A DNA stretch of 64,000 nucleotides from Acidimicrobiales bacterium (GTDB lineage: Bacteria; Actinomycetota; Acidimicrobiia; Acidimicrobiales; SZUA-35). This document shows, one piece after another, positions 29,674 through 38,834 of the stretch. The DNA lies in NCBI GenBank assembly GCA_013003535.1, contig JABDIY010000028.1:25631-89630 (forward strand), given 5' to 3'. Position 1 is the stretch's first letter. Each line of letters opens with the position of its first letter. Below the pieces are notes generated by a model. That model made no database searches, was not told the origin of the DNA, and was given only the letters and a program-made list of their open reading frames with translations. Both the position numbers and the translations under genes were made by a program.

Positions 29674-32214
29674 TCACGATGGGCAAGGTTCGATCGCACT
29701 GTTCATGGTTTGAGGATTGGAATAGAAGACATGTTCGAAATCATTTCTGTCGATTCCGGTGAACTGACACCCGTACTTTCGAACGTAACTTTGCAGCAAC
29801 CGTCGAGTGATCACGGGGAGATCGTTTGGGCCGGTTGCGAACGTCAACGAATCCACCACAGTTCCTGAAGCATTCCGAAGGTTCACGGTGCCATCGTTCT
29901 TTGGAGAGTTGCCGGTGGTGGCATCTACGGGTCCGGAATAGTCGGTCCCGCCCACGAGGAAATGCTGTCCCGGCACCAACGTGACATTCGGGAAGTCGTA
30001 TGTCCCTCCAGCCCCATCCATCTTCCAGCCTGCCAACGAGACCGGTACCCCCGTGGGATTGTAGAACTCGATGAAGTCGTTGCGTCCTGACCCAGGACCA
30101 TCGGTTCGCAGTTCACTGATAATGAGGGTCCCCGACGTCCCGGCAAATGGCGACGCCGATCCGCAAGGTGCCGGGCCGCTTGCGGTCCCTCGAGGCGTCA
30201 CAGATCCTGCAGCGAAGTTGTGAACAAAATCGACTGCATTGTTGTCGGTGTCAACACAGGAACCGGGGTTGGCGTGGCGCCGAGCCACACTTTGGTCTGA
30301 TGATGTGGCGGCAGGATCGAGCATCACGACCCCCTCACCCTCTCGACCGAGACTCGGCGAGTTGATTGAGCCGCCGCTTACTTCTGGGGCCGCCCTCGTG
30401 CCAACCGCATCGATTTTCACGCCAGTGGCCTTGAGTAGTTCGAAGCCCACGACCTTGGGTAGAGCGCCATCGAACGTTTGGTCGGCCCCCGCCACCGAGG
30501 ACCCGCTCTGCTTGATGAGGTAAAATCCGCCGGAGGGTAGTGTGACGTCGGCGAGCACGATGTCGCTGTGGACGGCGTCGTGGGATGTGATCTTCATCCG
30601 TAGGCCGGTCAGTGCCCTTGGTTGGGATGATGCGTTGTAGATCTCGACGAAATCGCCAGAGCCGTTTGCACCGTTGGCGGAGAACTCACTGATCAGGAGA
30701 CCGGCGGTGGGACCCGGCGGCGCGACCGTCGTTGTCGTAGTACTCGCAGTGGTGGTCGTCGTGGTCGTCGTCGGCTTGGTCGTCGTAGTGCTTCGGAGTG
30801 TGGTAGTAGTCGTTCCAGAACTCGTGGTGGTTGATCTCTGAGTCGTCGAACTCCTTCGGACCGCCCCCGTCGTTACCGCAGAGACAGCCGACTGGGTCGT
30901 CACCGAGACCGTGGGGCTTGTGGTGGAATCGATGAGCGAGGTCCGCTCCAGTTCTGTAGTGAGTGTGGTGTCTTCAAGGACAGTGGTAGTGATGGCCACC
31001 GTCCCCGGACGAGTGGATGAAACGACCACCAGAGAAGACGACGTCGGTAGTGTTTCATCTACCACGATGACCGGCTCATCTTGCCCGGAGAACGCTATGT
31101 CCAACGGTTCGACCGGAGGGACGAAAATCGAGGTGGAGACGAGCGCAACCGTTCCCGCCAGCGTTGACGCAGCGATCGGCGCCACCCCGGCGCCCGGTAT
31201 CGATGCAACGGAGCCCGAGAGCCACGCCATTGGGCCGGCGATGAACCGGAGCCGACCTATCCCCACCGAAAGGAATGCTCGCACAACGGCGGGGTCAAAC
31301 TGCGTCCCTGCACACCGAGCGATCTCCGCTCGGGCATTTTCGGCGGTAATCGGCTTTTTGTAGGATCGGGCTGACGTGATGACGTCGTAGGTGTCAGCCA
31401 CGGCCACAATTCGGGCGCCGATGTGGATGTTCTCACCGGCCAAACCAGCCGGGTAGCCATCACCATCCCAACGTTCATGATGCTCGCCGATCACCGAGAT
31501 CCATTCGCCCAACCAGTCGGCTATCGGCGCGGCGAGCTTGAGGCCCTCGGCCGGGTGAGTCTTGAGAACCTCCCACTCCTCCGCGGTCGGTCGACCGACC
31601 TTGTTGAGGATCTCAGCCGGCACCATGAGCTTGCCGAGATCATGCAACAGGGCACCCCAACGCAGCCGATCAGCTGCCTTGGCCGGCAGACTCATCTCCT
31701 CGATGATCATCTCCGTGTAGGCCCGCACCCGCTCGCAGTGGCCGCGCGTCAGTCGGTCGTGTTCACCGAGGAGGGCCACCATCTCCAACATCTGGCTGGC
31801 ATACGACTGATCTTCGGTGAGGGCGATGCCGGACTCCCGAATTGCGTCGATTCTCTGCTTCACCTTCTTGGAGTTGCCAGCTCGCAGCGCCACCGCAAAC
31901 CGACTGGGGGCCTCATCGGGGAACACCAGGGAGATTCGCAACAGCGTCGAGAGCGGCGCAATGCGACGGAAGAGACGATCGAGCCCGGTCATCAGCGCAA
32001 CTGCGATCACCGTGAGAACGAGCCACCACCCGAGTCGGTCCCAGCCCTGCGCCGCGGGTATGAAGACTCGTGAGATCGACGCGGTGACCACCAAGGTCAA
32101 GACCACCGGAGCCAGGGCAACAACTACCCGGATGAAACGGGCCAGCACCGGCCTGGCTTGCCAGTGCTCCATCATCTGTGACGCAGGAGTCTGCGTTGGC
32201 CCTGAAACTGTCAC
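29674..32214 (-). CDS. Membrane HD-GYP phosphodiesterase fused to a Thr-rich linker and two lamin-tail domains (LTD)
   Basis: Two N-terminal TM helices. HD-GYP core (LLHDLGK...GEHHERWDGDGYP) at about aa 150-315. Hydrophobic stretch at aa 325-365. Poly-Thr/Ser region at aa 390-500. Two LTD-like units (LLISEFSANGANGSGDFVEIYNAS; LIISELRTDGPGSGRNDFIEFYNPTG). GTG 32214, or ATG 32175/32172. Confidence 0.75.
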   Translation of the reverse strand: MTVSGPTQTPASQMMEHWQARPVLARFIRVVVALAPVVLTLVVTASISRVFIPAAQGWDRLGWWLVLTVIAVALMTGLDRLFRRIAPLSTLLRISLVFPDEAPSRFAVALRAGNSKKVKQRIDAIRESGIALTEDQSYASQMLEMVALLGEHDRLTRGHCERVRAYTEMIIEEMSLPAKAADRLRWGALLHDLGKLMVPAEILNKVGRPTAEEWEVLKTHPAEGLKLAAPIADWLGEWISVIGEHHERWDGDGYPAGLAGENIHIGARIVAVADTYDVITSARSYKKPITAENARAEIARCAGTQFDPAVVRAFLSVGIGRLRFIAGPMAWLSGSVASIPGAGVAPIAASTLAGTVALVSTSIFVPPVEPLDIAFSGQDEPVIVVDETLPTSSSLVVVSSTRPGTVAITTTVLEDTTLTTELERTSLIDSTTSPTVSVTTQSAVSAVTTGAVRRSSTTQRSTTTSSGTTTTTLRSTTTTKPTTTTTTTTASTTTTTVAPPGPTAGLLISEFSANGANGSGDFVEIYNASSQPRALTGLRMKITSHDAVHSDIVLADVTLPSGGFYLIKQSGSSVAGADQTFDGALPKVVGFELLKATGVKIDAVGTRAAPEVSGGSINSPSLGREGEGVVMLDPAATSSDQSVARRHANPGSCVDTDNNAVDFVHNFAAGSVTPRGTASGPAPCGSASPFAGTSGTLIISELRTDGPGSGRNDFIEFYNPTGVPVSLAGWKMDGAGGTYDFPNVTLVPGQHFLVGGTDYSGPVDATTGNSPKNDGTVNLRNASGTVVDSLTFATGPNDLPVITRRLLQSYVRKYGCQFTGIDRNDFEHVFYSNPQTMNSAIEPCPS

Positions 32215-32351
32215 AGGTGGGAATCGGTTCTTCTGGGTTCCACCTTTACGAGAAAGACCGTGGATCCTGGGGCAGAAACTCCACTTTTCCGGCTGCAGTC
32301 GTGACGCTTGTCAGCTCACGTGCGCCTGCTCCCAGTACCGTCTCACGGGTC

Positions 32352-33062
32352 ATGTCGTTCTCGCACTTGCTCTTCGACTTCGACCACATGCTCTTCGACA
32401 CCGACTCCTCCGAAGCCCTCGCCTTCGCTCGCGCCCTGGTTCAAAGCGGGATTGATAAACCCGAGCGGTATCTCCCCCAGTATCAAAGCATCAATCAGAG
32501 GCTTTGGCGGCAAGTCGAAGCCGGCACGATCTCTCCAAACGATGTGAAGACACTTCGGTTCGAGTTACTGAAAACTGAACTCGGCTTGAACTACAACAGC
32601 GCGGCAGTTGCTGAAAACTACATCACGGGCCTCGTCGAATGCGGTGAGCTTTTCCCCGGCGCAAGACGGCTGCTGGAGGACCTGGAGGCCAACTTCTCGC
32701 TCGGGATGATCACCAATGGGATCGGTCCCGTCCAGCGGGGCCGGATGGAGCGTCTCGGACTGAGACGGTTTTTCGATTCGGTAGTTATTTCCGGTGAAGT
32801 TGGGGTCGCCAAGCCCCGGCCCGAGATCTTCGCACTCGCTCTTGCTGAACTGGGCGATCCGCCCCGTAGCAATTGTCTGATGATCGGCGACAGCCTGCCG
32901 TCTGACATTCAGGGCGGACAGAATGCGGGCATCCCAACCGCTTGGTTCAACCCAAAGGGGACGGCAAACTTCACCTCGCTTGAACCCACCTTCGAATTCG
33001 CCAACTTTGACAGACTGGTAGATGTACTCGGTGATTCGGCATGGGGCAATCACCGTAAGTAA
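32352..33062 (+). CDS. HAD-superfamily hydrolase (YjjG-like nucleotidase subfamily)
   Basis: Motif I LLFDFDHMLFDTD and motif IV MIGDSLPSDIQGG. ATG 32352; the ORF-track start at 32178 overlaps the divergent gene. Confidence 0.7.
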   Translation: MSFSHLLFDFDHMLFDTDSSEALAFARALVQSGIDKPERYLPQYQSINQRLWRQVEAGTISPNDVKTLRFELLKTELGLNYNSAAVAENYITGLVECGELFPGARRLLEDLEANFSLGMITNGIGPVQRGRMERLGLRRFFDSVVISGEVGVAKPRPEIFALALAELGDPPRSNCLMIGDSLPSDIQGGQNAGIPTAWFNPKGTANFTSLEPTFEFANFDRLVDVLGDSAWGNHRK

Positions 33063-33068
33063 CCTCTG

Positions 33069-33539
33069 ATGGCTATGAAGCTGTATTTGGTCCGCCACGG
33101 CCACGCCGGCAGTCGCGATTGGAGTAGGCACGACCAATACCGCCAACTCAGCGATCGAGGCCGCGACGAGGCAGCCGAAATCGAGCTGGCGTTGGCGGAA
33201 ATAAACGTCGGGGCAGTCATCAGCAGCCCCGCCACGCGTTGTGTGCAGACCGTCGAGCCGCTGAGCAAGCGTCTTGGTCTGGAGGTGATCGAAGACAAGC
33301 GGCTGTGGGAAGACGCGGACATAGCCGACGCCATGGACGTTCTAAATGAGAACACCGAGGATGGGGCCGTTATCTGCAGCCACGGCAACATCATTCCGGA
33401 GATGCTTCATTGGCTGCTTCAGACAGGGATGACCGCCAAAGGCCGCGGTTGCGCGAAAGGGTCGGTGTGGACGGTGACCTACCGCAATGGTCAATTTACC
33501 AAGGCTCGCTACCACCAGCTGGGCCACCTCCCCCGCTGA
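33069..33539 (+). CDS. Histidine phosphatase family protein (SixA-like)
   Basis: RHG motif MKLYLVRHGHAG, and a later catalytic His in ICSHGNIIPE. Confidence 0.7.
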   Translation: MAMKLYLVRHGHAGSRDWSRHDQYRQLSDRGRDEAAEIELALAEINVGAVISSPATRCVQTVEPLSKRLGLEVIEDKRLWEDADIADAMDVLNENTEDGAVICSHGNIIPEMLHWLLQTGMTAKGRGCAKGSVWTVTYRNGQFTKARYHQLGHLPR

Positions 33540-33563
33540 CCGAACGTCACTTCAGCTCAGTAG

Positions 33564-34289
33564 TCAACGACATCCGAGGCGCTCGGCCACTGGGGCGGTG
33601 AGTTGCCCGATCATGCCGGGTGGGTTGATCTCACCGAGCACCGCGTAGTCCGCGCAGGCTTCCTCAACACGGCCGAGCCGCTCCAGCACGATCATCCGGA
33701 ATGCTCGCGCATCGGGATAGGTGCGGTCAGCCTCGATGGCACGATCGAGAAACGTGCCGGCGGTGGCCAGCAGTTCTACCGCCGCCTCATTCTCGCCCGC
33801 GGTCTGGGCCGAACCGGACAGGAGCACGCCATACCAACCTCGATAGGCCAGCGCCTCGGCGTTGGTAGGGTCCCGCTCGAGCAGATCATCGAAGCAGTCG
33901 AAGCTGTCGACCAACGTGGCCGGGTTCTGACCCAGCTCTTGGCATCGGAATACCTGTTGTCGAGAGCTTTCCTCAATCGAACCGGTGATGTTGTCACCCA
34001 CACCGCGCTCCCCAACCGAGAGCGCTAGCAGCCACCCGGCTACCACGCCAAAGACCGCCAGGAACGCTACCCATAACCACTTCGACCGTGACGGTTCTGG
34101 CACGACGGCACCAACCGCATCCAAGCCTTTCAGCTTCCTCGCCACCTGTGCCGTGCGAACCGTGTAATCCTTCTTCAGCTCCTCGTAATCGGCGGAGTCG
34201 AGATCACCAGCGGCATACTCGTCCTCCAGATCATCAAGGGAGTCGAGGAGGAATGACTGCTCGGCAAGGAGCGATTTCCGATCGCTCAC
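33564..34289 (-). CDS. TPR-type cytochrome c maturation accessory protein (CcmI/CcmH C-terminal-like)
   Basis: GTG 34289 overlaps the ccmH stop (GTGA). One TM (WLWVAFLAVFGVVAGWLLAL) followed by TPR-like repeats. Last gene of the ccm operon. Confidence 0.55.
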   Translation of the reverse strand: MSDRKSLLAEQSFLLDSLDDLEDEYAAGDLDSADYEELKKDYTVRTAQVARKLKGLDAVGAVVPEPSRSKWLWVAFLAVFGVVAGWLLALSVGERGVGDNITGSIEESSRQQVFRCQELGQNPATLVDSFDCFDDLLERDPTNAEALAYRGWYGVLLSGSAQTAGENEAAVELLATAGTFLDRAIEADRTYPDARAFRMIVLERLGRVEEACADYAVLGEINPPGMIGQLTAPVAERLGCR

Positions 34290-34759
34290 CGGCGCTCGGC
34301 CTGCAGCTGCTCTACCAGTGCGGCGTCTTCGGCTGAGGGCTCGGTGGAACCCGACCTGATCCGGGTCGCGAGAATAGAGGAGCCGACGAGGCCGAACCCC
34401 CCCACCAAAACCAGAACGGGAAGTATCCAGACCAACGCATTCCATCCGGTAGCCGGGGGGTTGAGCAGAACGCCTTCGCCGTAGCCCCGCACCAGAGCGT
34501 CACGTATCTGGGTGTCCGTGGCCCCGGCATTCACCTCGGTTCTGATGAACTCCCGAATTGTGGAAGCCACCGCAGCATTTGATTCAGCGACGCTCTGACC
34601 TTTGCAGGTTGGGCAGGCGTATTGGTTGGCCAGGCTTTGAATGCGTTCCTCAGTCGTGGCTGGTTCACCGGCGGAGAACGTGGCCACGCCAAGAAGCACC
34701 ACGAGCGACACGAGCACGAACATCCACGCCTCGCGACTGGCGGCCTGAAAGCGGGTCAC
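34286..34759 (-). CDS. ccmH: Cytochrome c-type biogenesis protein CcmH
   Basis: CPTCKGQSVAESNA is the CcmH CxxC signature. GTGA overlap with the ccmG stop. Confidence 0.85.
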   Translation of the reverse strand: MTRFQAASREAWMFVLVSLVVLLGVATFSAGEPATTEERIQSLANQYACPTCKGQSVAESNAAVASTIREFIRTEVNAGATDTQIRDALVRGYGEGVLLNPPATGWNALVWILPVLVLVGGFGLVGSSILATRIRSGSTEPSAEDAALVEQLQAERR

Positions 34760-35397
34760 GGAGTGAGCTCGTCAATCGTGGTCGTGACAGCCTCGGCCTT
34801 GAGGCCGCCGATGAAATGCTCGATTACCTGACCGTTGGGGGCGACCAGGAACGATTCCGGGATTTGCGCGATCTGAAAGTCGACGGCGGTGGCGGCACTC
34901 CGGATCACTGGCCAATTTCCTCCTTCTTCGGCAAAGAAGTCTTGGATCGCCGAAGTGTTTGGATCATCGAAGACAACTGCGGCGAGCGTGAGATTGTTGC
35001 TCAGCCCCCACTGCTCGAGCGCCACGAGTTCAGGGTGCTCCACGATGCACCCGGGGCACCACGTTGCAAAGAAATTGACGAGAACCCACTCGCCTCGGTG
35101 TTCGTCGATGTCATAGGCCCGGGCGGCTCCATCGGCATCAACCGAATACCCCGCCAAGCCGTCGATCGGCATGCCGGCGACCCGGGGCACCCTTTTTCCG
35201 AGCACCCCGGAGGATTCCGAAACGGCGTCGCCATCGCCGACGGCAAGCAAGATCACGAGACAAAACACCACGAGGCCAACTGCCAAGGAGATGATGCGAA
35301 CGCTCCGGCTGGCGGTCACCGGGCCGTCTTGGTCCTCACTCGGCGACGGGCCGTCGAGTGAATCAGCCTCGGGGAGGTTGGTGCTGGTGGAGGTCAT
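34756..35397 (-). CDS. ccmG: Thiol:disulfide interchange protein CcmG/DsbE (TlpA-like thioredoxin)
   Basis: FFATWCPGC active site and an N-terminal membrane anchor. ATGA overlap with the ccmF stop. Confidence 0.85.
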   Translation of the reverse strand: MTSTSTNLPEADSLDGPSPSEDQDGPVTASRSVRIISLAVGLVVFCLVILLAVGDGDAVSESSGVLGKRVPRVAGMPIDGLAGYSVDADGAARAYDIDEHRGEWVLVNFFATWCPGCIVEHPELVALEQWGLSNNLTLAAVVFDDPNTSAIQDFFAEEGGNWPVIRSAATAVDFQIAQIPESFLVAPNGQVIEHFIGGLKAEAVTTTIDELTP

Positions 35398-36071
35398 GCC
35401 CGCTCCCAGCCCAATGTTGGTCCAGCCTGCGGCGGAGTTTCGATGTCGGACTCGCCCGTGGTCACAAGTTCCCCTTCGGGATGCGTCTCGCCCGTGGTAA
35501 TGCCGATCGCCGGAACACCCACCGGCTCAGTTCCTCGACGACGTTTGCCTCCAGGAAAGACCGCCAACAGTGTTCCCAATGCCATGAGCACGCCGCCTCC
35601 CCATATCCAACCGATGAGGGGCCGAATGATCACCCGCAACCGTATGGGCCCCGCGGGATCGGTTGGCACGTCGTCGAGAACCAAGTAGAGATCCTCGGTG
35701 ATCCCCGGTTTGACCGAGGGCGTTCCCACCACGATTCCTTGTTGGCGATACCGAGTGCGGGCCGGCTGGTATTCGGGGCCATTGTCGATGACGATGCGGG
35801 CAAACGTTCGATCGCGACGAGTGGTCCGGTCTGCGGCCAGCCCGCTGTAGGTGAAGGTGTGGTCCTGAACCTGCACCGTTTCGCCGGGATTCATGGTGAA
35901 AATCCGGTCTGTTTTGTAGCTCTCGCTGGCCGCAACGCCCACGGCCAGAAGAACAACGCCGAGGTGGACGATCATGCCGCCGTTGGTTCGACCGACCAGC
36001 CCCTTCCAACCGAGGCGTCTGGTGGCCAGAATGATCTGGCGAACAGCAGCTCCGCCGGCGAAACCCGCCAA
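35394..36071 (-). CDS. ccmF: Heme lyase CcmF, C-terminal part (separate frame from the N-terminal part)
   Basis: GGMIVHLGVVLLAVGVAASESYK and downstream periplasmic region plus a final TM, typical of the CcmF C-terminus. This frame stays open upstream to about 36157 and overlaps the end of the N-terminal ORF. Confidence 0.7.
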   Translation of the reverse strand: MAGFAGGAAVRQIILATRRLGWKGLVGRTNGGMIVHLGVVLLAVGVAASESYKTDRIFTMNPGETVQVQDHTFTYSGLAADRTTRRDRTFARIVIDNGPEYQPARTRYRQQGIVVGTPSVKPGITEDLYLVLDDVPTDPAGPIRLRVIIRPLIGWIWGGGVLMALGTLLAVFPGGKRRRGTEPVGVPAIGITTGETHPEGELVTTGESDIETPPQAGPTLGWERA

Positions 36072-36082
36072 GGCGAACGTGA

Positions 36083-37435
36083 TTACGGCCAGAAGCCTCG
36101 ACCGCCGAGAAGCAGGCTGGCTGCGGTGACTACCACCGCCGTCACCGCTGGCCAGAACAACCGCTCACTTAACAACTCGGTGCTGGCTTTCCGCCACGGC
36201 AAGACTGGCGCGATGGCCATCAGGAACAACGTCACCACCGCGATGGGCCGCCCCAGGGAATCGAAATATGGGCGCCCGATCGTGAGCCGGGTGCCGTCGA
36301 AAAGCTCGGCCAGAAGCGGGAATATCGTTCCCAGCAGAACGACGAACGCCATCGCTCCGAACAGCACATTGTTGGCGAGAAAACCTGCTTCGCGGCTGAG
36401 CGGCGAATCGATCGCCCCGGGCGAGCGAAGTTGGTCGCCGCGCCAGCCAATCAAAACCACAGACCCCAGGGTGATGACCGTGAAGAAGGTGAGTAGCCAC
36501 GGACCTACGGCACCATCGGCAAATGCGTGAACACTGTCGATCACGCCGGACCTGGTGAGGAACGTACCCAGGATCGTGAGCGAGAACGTTGCGCACACCA
36601 GCGACAGATTCCAGACCCTGAGCATTCCCCGTCGTTCCTGGACCATTACCGAATGCAAATAGGCGGTTCCGGTCAGCCACGGAAGCAGTGATGCGTTTTC
36701 CACAGGATCCCAGGCCCAGTAGCCGCCCCAACCCAGCACCTCATAACTCCACCATGCGCCCAGGACGATCCCGAAGGTGAGGAATCCCCAGGCGATGACG
36801 GTCCACCTTCGGGTCTCGACCAACCATCCCTCACCCAGTCGGCCGGTGATCAGTGCGGCGATGGCGAAGGCGAACGGCACGGCGAAGCCGACGTACCCCA
36901 GATACAACATTGGTGGATGGAAAGCCACGAGCACGTGATCCTGGAGCAGTGGGTTGGGCCCCGGCCCGTCAAATCCCAGCGGTACGGCCACCCGAGCGAA
37001 CGGGTTGGCCGGGAACGCCAGGAGACCAAAGAAGAACGTGGAGATTCCGAGCAGAACCACGATTGCCCAAGAGAGCAGCGGATCGTTGCGCCTGAGCCGG
37101 AACTTCCACAGGACGGCAGCGATGTAACCACCGAGGATCAGGGCCCAGAGGATCAGTGACCCCTCCAGAGCCGACCACAGGGCGGCAAAGTTGAAGATGG
37201 TGGGAATCGAGTCGGTGCCCACCTGCGACACGAACGAGATTGAATAGTCCCTCCGAAACAGCGCAACCTCCATGGTGATGAAGGCCCCGAGCCCGGCCAA
37301 CGGGATGAGCCACGCAAACTGGCGCATCGTGGCGGGCTTTTGCCCTGTGAACAATGCCCGGGTACCGGTAAGCACCCCTCCGATCGAGGCGGTGAAGCCC
37401 AGGAGGACGAATGCGGAACCTACGGCAGCGAGCAT
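36083..37435 (-). CDS. ccmF: Heme lyase CcmF, N-terminal part (ends at TAA 36083-36085)
   Basis: 450-aa polytopic ORF with the WWD-type motif region GWGGYWAWDPVENASLLPWL. It stops where intact CcmF proteins continue. Confidence 0.8.
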   Translation of the reverse strand: MLAAVGSAFVLLGFTASIGGVLTGTRALFTGQKPATMRQFAWLIPLAGLGAFITMEVALFRRDYSISFVSQVGTDSIPTIFNFAALWSALEGSLILWALILGGYIAAVLWKFRLRRNDPLLSWAIVVLLGISTFFFGLLAFPANPFARVAVPLGFDGPGPNPLLQDHVLVAFHPPMLYLGYVGFAVPFAFAIAALITGRLGEGWLVETRRWTVIAWGFLTFGIVLGAWWSYEVLGWGGYWAWDPVENASLLPWLTGTAYLHSVMVQERRGMLRVWNLSLVCATFSLTILGTFLTRSGVIDSVHAFADGAVGPWLLTFFTVITLGSVVLIGWRGDQLRSPGAIDSPLSREAGFLANNVLFGAMAFVVLLGTIFPLLAELFDGTRLTIGRPYFDSLGRPIAVVTLFLMAIAPVLPWRKASTELLSERLFWPAVTAVVVTAASLLLGGRGFWP

Positions 37436-37444
37436 TGAGGCCAG

Positions 37445-37948
37445 TTACCCCACACCGGTGTCGAGGTTGTAATCAACCCGGTTGGGGTTGTCCTCGACAT
37501 AGCTCTCATCATGTTTCACCAGGATCTGGCTGGACTCGAACACATCGCCATTCCAATGCCCCTCAACTACTACCGGTTCGCCGAGATCGAAGAGGTCCGA
37601 CGGTTCCGGTCCCACGTGTCGGACTTGGGCCGTGGCGTCGTTGTAGGCCACGGTGAAAACCAATGCCCCACCTTCGGACGTTCCGCTCTCTGCCACCACT
37701 GTTCCCTGCATACGGAAGGTCCGATCCCCCAGTTCGGCCTGCTGGGCGATGGCCTCATCTACGTTGTAGAAGAACACGCGGGCGTTGACGATTCCTTGGT
37801 AGAGCACGAAGGTCAAGGCCAGAGCAACCACCCCACCGATGACCTTGTTGCGGGTGGAGCCACGTTTCACCCGCTCCGCTGCTTCTGGCCCGCCATCCTG
37901 CCGGGGGCGAAGATTGAGGCCGGGGTCTGGCAGATCTTGGCTATTCAA
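37445..37948 (-). CDS. ccmE: Heme chaperone CcmE
   Basis: N-terminal anchor, OB-fold region and heme-binding HxxxY (LVKHDESYVE). TTG start. Confidence 0.85.
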   Translation of the reverse strand: MNSQDLPDPGLNLRPRQDGGPEAAERVKRGSTRNKVIGGVVALALTFVLYQGIVNARVFFYNVDEAIAQQAELGDRTFRMQGTVVAESGTSEGGALVFTVAYNDATAQVRHVGPEPSDLFDLGEPVVVEGHWNGDVFESSQILVKHDESYVEDNPNRVDYNLDTGVG

Positions 37949-38075
37949 GGAACGCCCGCTTCTCTTCTGGAATCTTTCGGGCGGCGGACCGCAGGCGACT
38001 CATCAGCGATGCGGTATAGACGCCCAATCCCGCGAAGACGATGACGTACCCAGGAATGACATACTGCCAGTGCAT
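37941..38075 (-). CDS. ccmD: Heme exporter protein CcmD (44 aa, not in the ORF track)
   Basis: My translation: MHWQYVIPGYVIVFAGLGVYTASLMSRLRSAARKIPEEKRAFLE*. One TM plus a basic tail. The ATG immediately follows the ccmC TGA (TGAATG), and the 3' end overlaps the ccmE start by 8 nt. Confidence 0.65.
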   Translation of the reverse strand: MHWQYVIPGYVIVFAGLGVYTASLMSRLRSAARKIPEEKRAFLE

Positions 38076-38834
38076 TCAGATCGCCTCCCCGGCGAGTGAG
38101 GAGCGGTGCTCACCGCGACGAGCGGCAATGGCATCGTCGAGGGACACGGCCGCAGCCTGATGTTCGTACCAGGCCAGCCGGAACCGGTGCATGAGAAGCC
38201 ACGCAAAAATCAGTGTGAACGTGAGAACACCCCACGCGAGGGTGAAGAACATCAGTCCGTCCATCTGGGTATCGATGCCGACGGTCGACCCCTGATGGAG
38301 ACCCCGCCACCATTCCACCGATTGCTTCACGATCAGGAGATTGGCGAAACTGATGATGCCCAGTATCGCCGCTCGGCGGGAACGTACCACCGGGTCGAGG
38401 TCCATTCGTCTGACCGCCAGATACCCGAGGTACAGCACCAGCGTGACGGTGGTGGACGTGATCCGGGGATCCCACTCCCAATACACGCCCCAGGTTGGGC
38501 GGCCCCAAAGGGCCCCGGTCACCAGCACGAAGGCGCAGAACAGCACCCCGATCTCCGCACCGGCATGGGCCATGAGGTCCCAGAAATCGGATTGTTTCCG
38601 CAGGTAGACGATGCTGCCGACAAGTGTGACCCCAAAGGCAAAGTACAGACCGACGACAGCTGACGGCACGTGGACATACATAAGCCGCACCGCATCGGCC
38701 TGGTCCACCTCCCGGGGCGACCAGATCAGACCCAACAGCAGGAGAAGCACCGTAGAAACCAGGGCGAGCGCCCCGAGGATCCGGGTGCCGCGGGAGCTGG
38801 AGGGCCCGGCCAGTTTGCGTGCGATTGAGCTCAC
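38076..38834 (-). CDS. ccmC: Heme exporter protein CcmC
   Basis: WWD motif GALWGRPTWGVYWEWDPRITS. GTG 38834 overlaps the ccmB stop (GTGA). The longer ORF-track start at 39134 lies inside ccmB. Confidence 0.85.
   Translation of the reverse strand: MSSIARKLAGPSSSRGTRILGALALVSTVLLLLLGLIWSPREVDQADAVRLMYVHVPSAVVGLYFAFGVTLVGSIVYLRKQSDFWDLMAHAGAEIGVLFCAFVLVTGALWGRPTWGVYWEWDPRITSTTVTLVLYLGYLAVRRMDLDPVVRSRRAAILGIISFANLLIVKQSVEWWRGLHQGSTVGIDTQMDGLMFFTLAWGVLTFTLIFAWLLMHRFRLAWYEHQAAAVSLDDAIAARRGEHRSSLAGEAI

Noticed and set aside
30714-31032. A DNA tandem repeat or VNTR in the ACC/ACG-rich stretch of the HD-GYP gene. Similar stretches occur near 42.66-42.80 kb, 60.38-60.50 kb and 14.1-14.2 kb.
   Set aside because: These are imperfect codon-level low-complexity runs that encode Thr/Ser linkers of secreted or membrane proteins. 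I could not discern a defined repeat unit.
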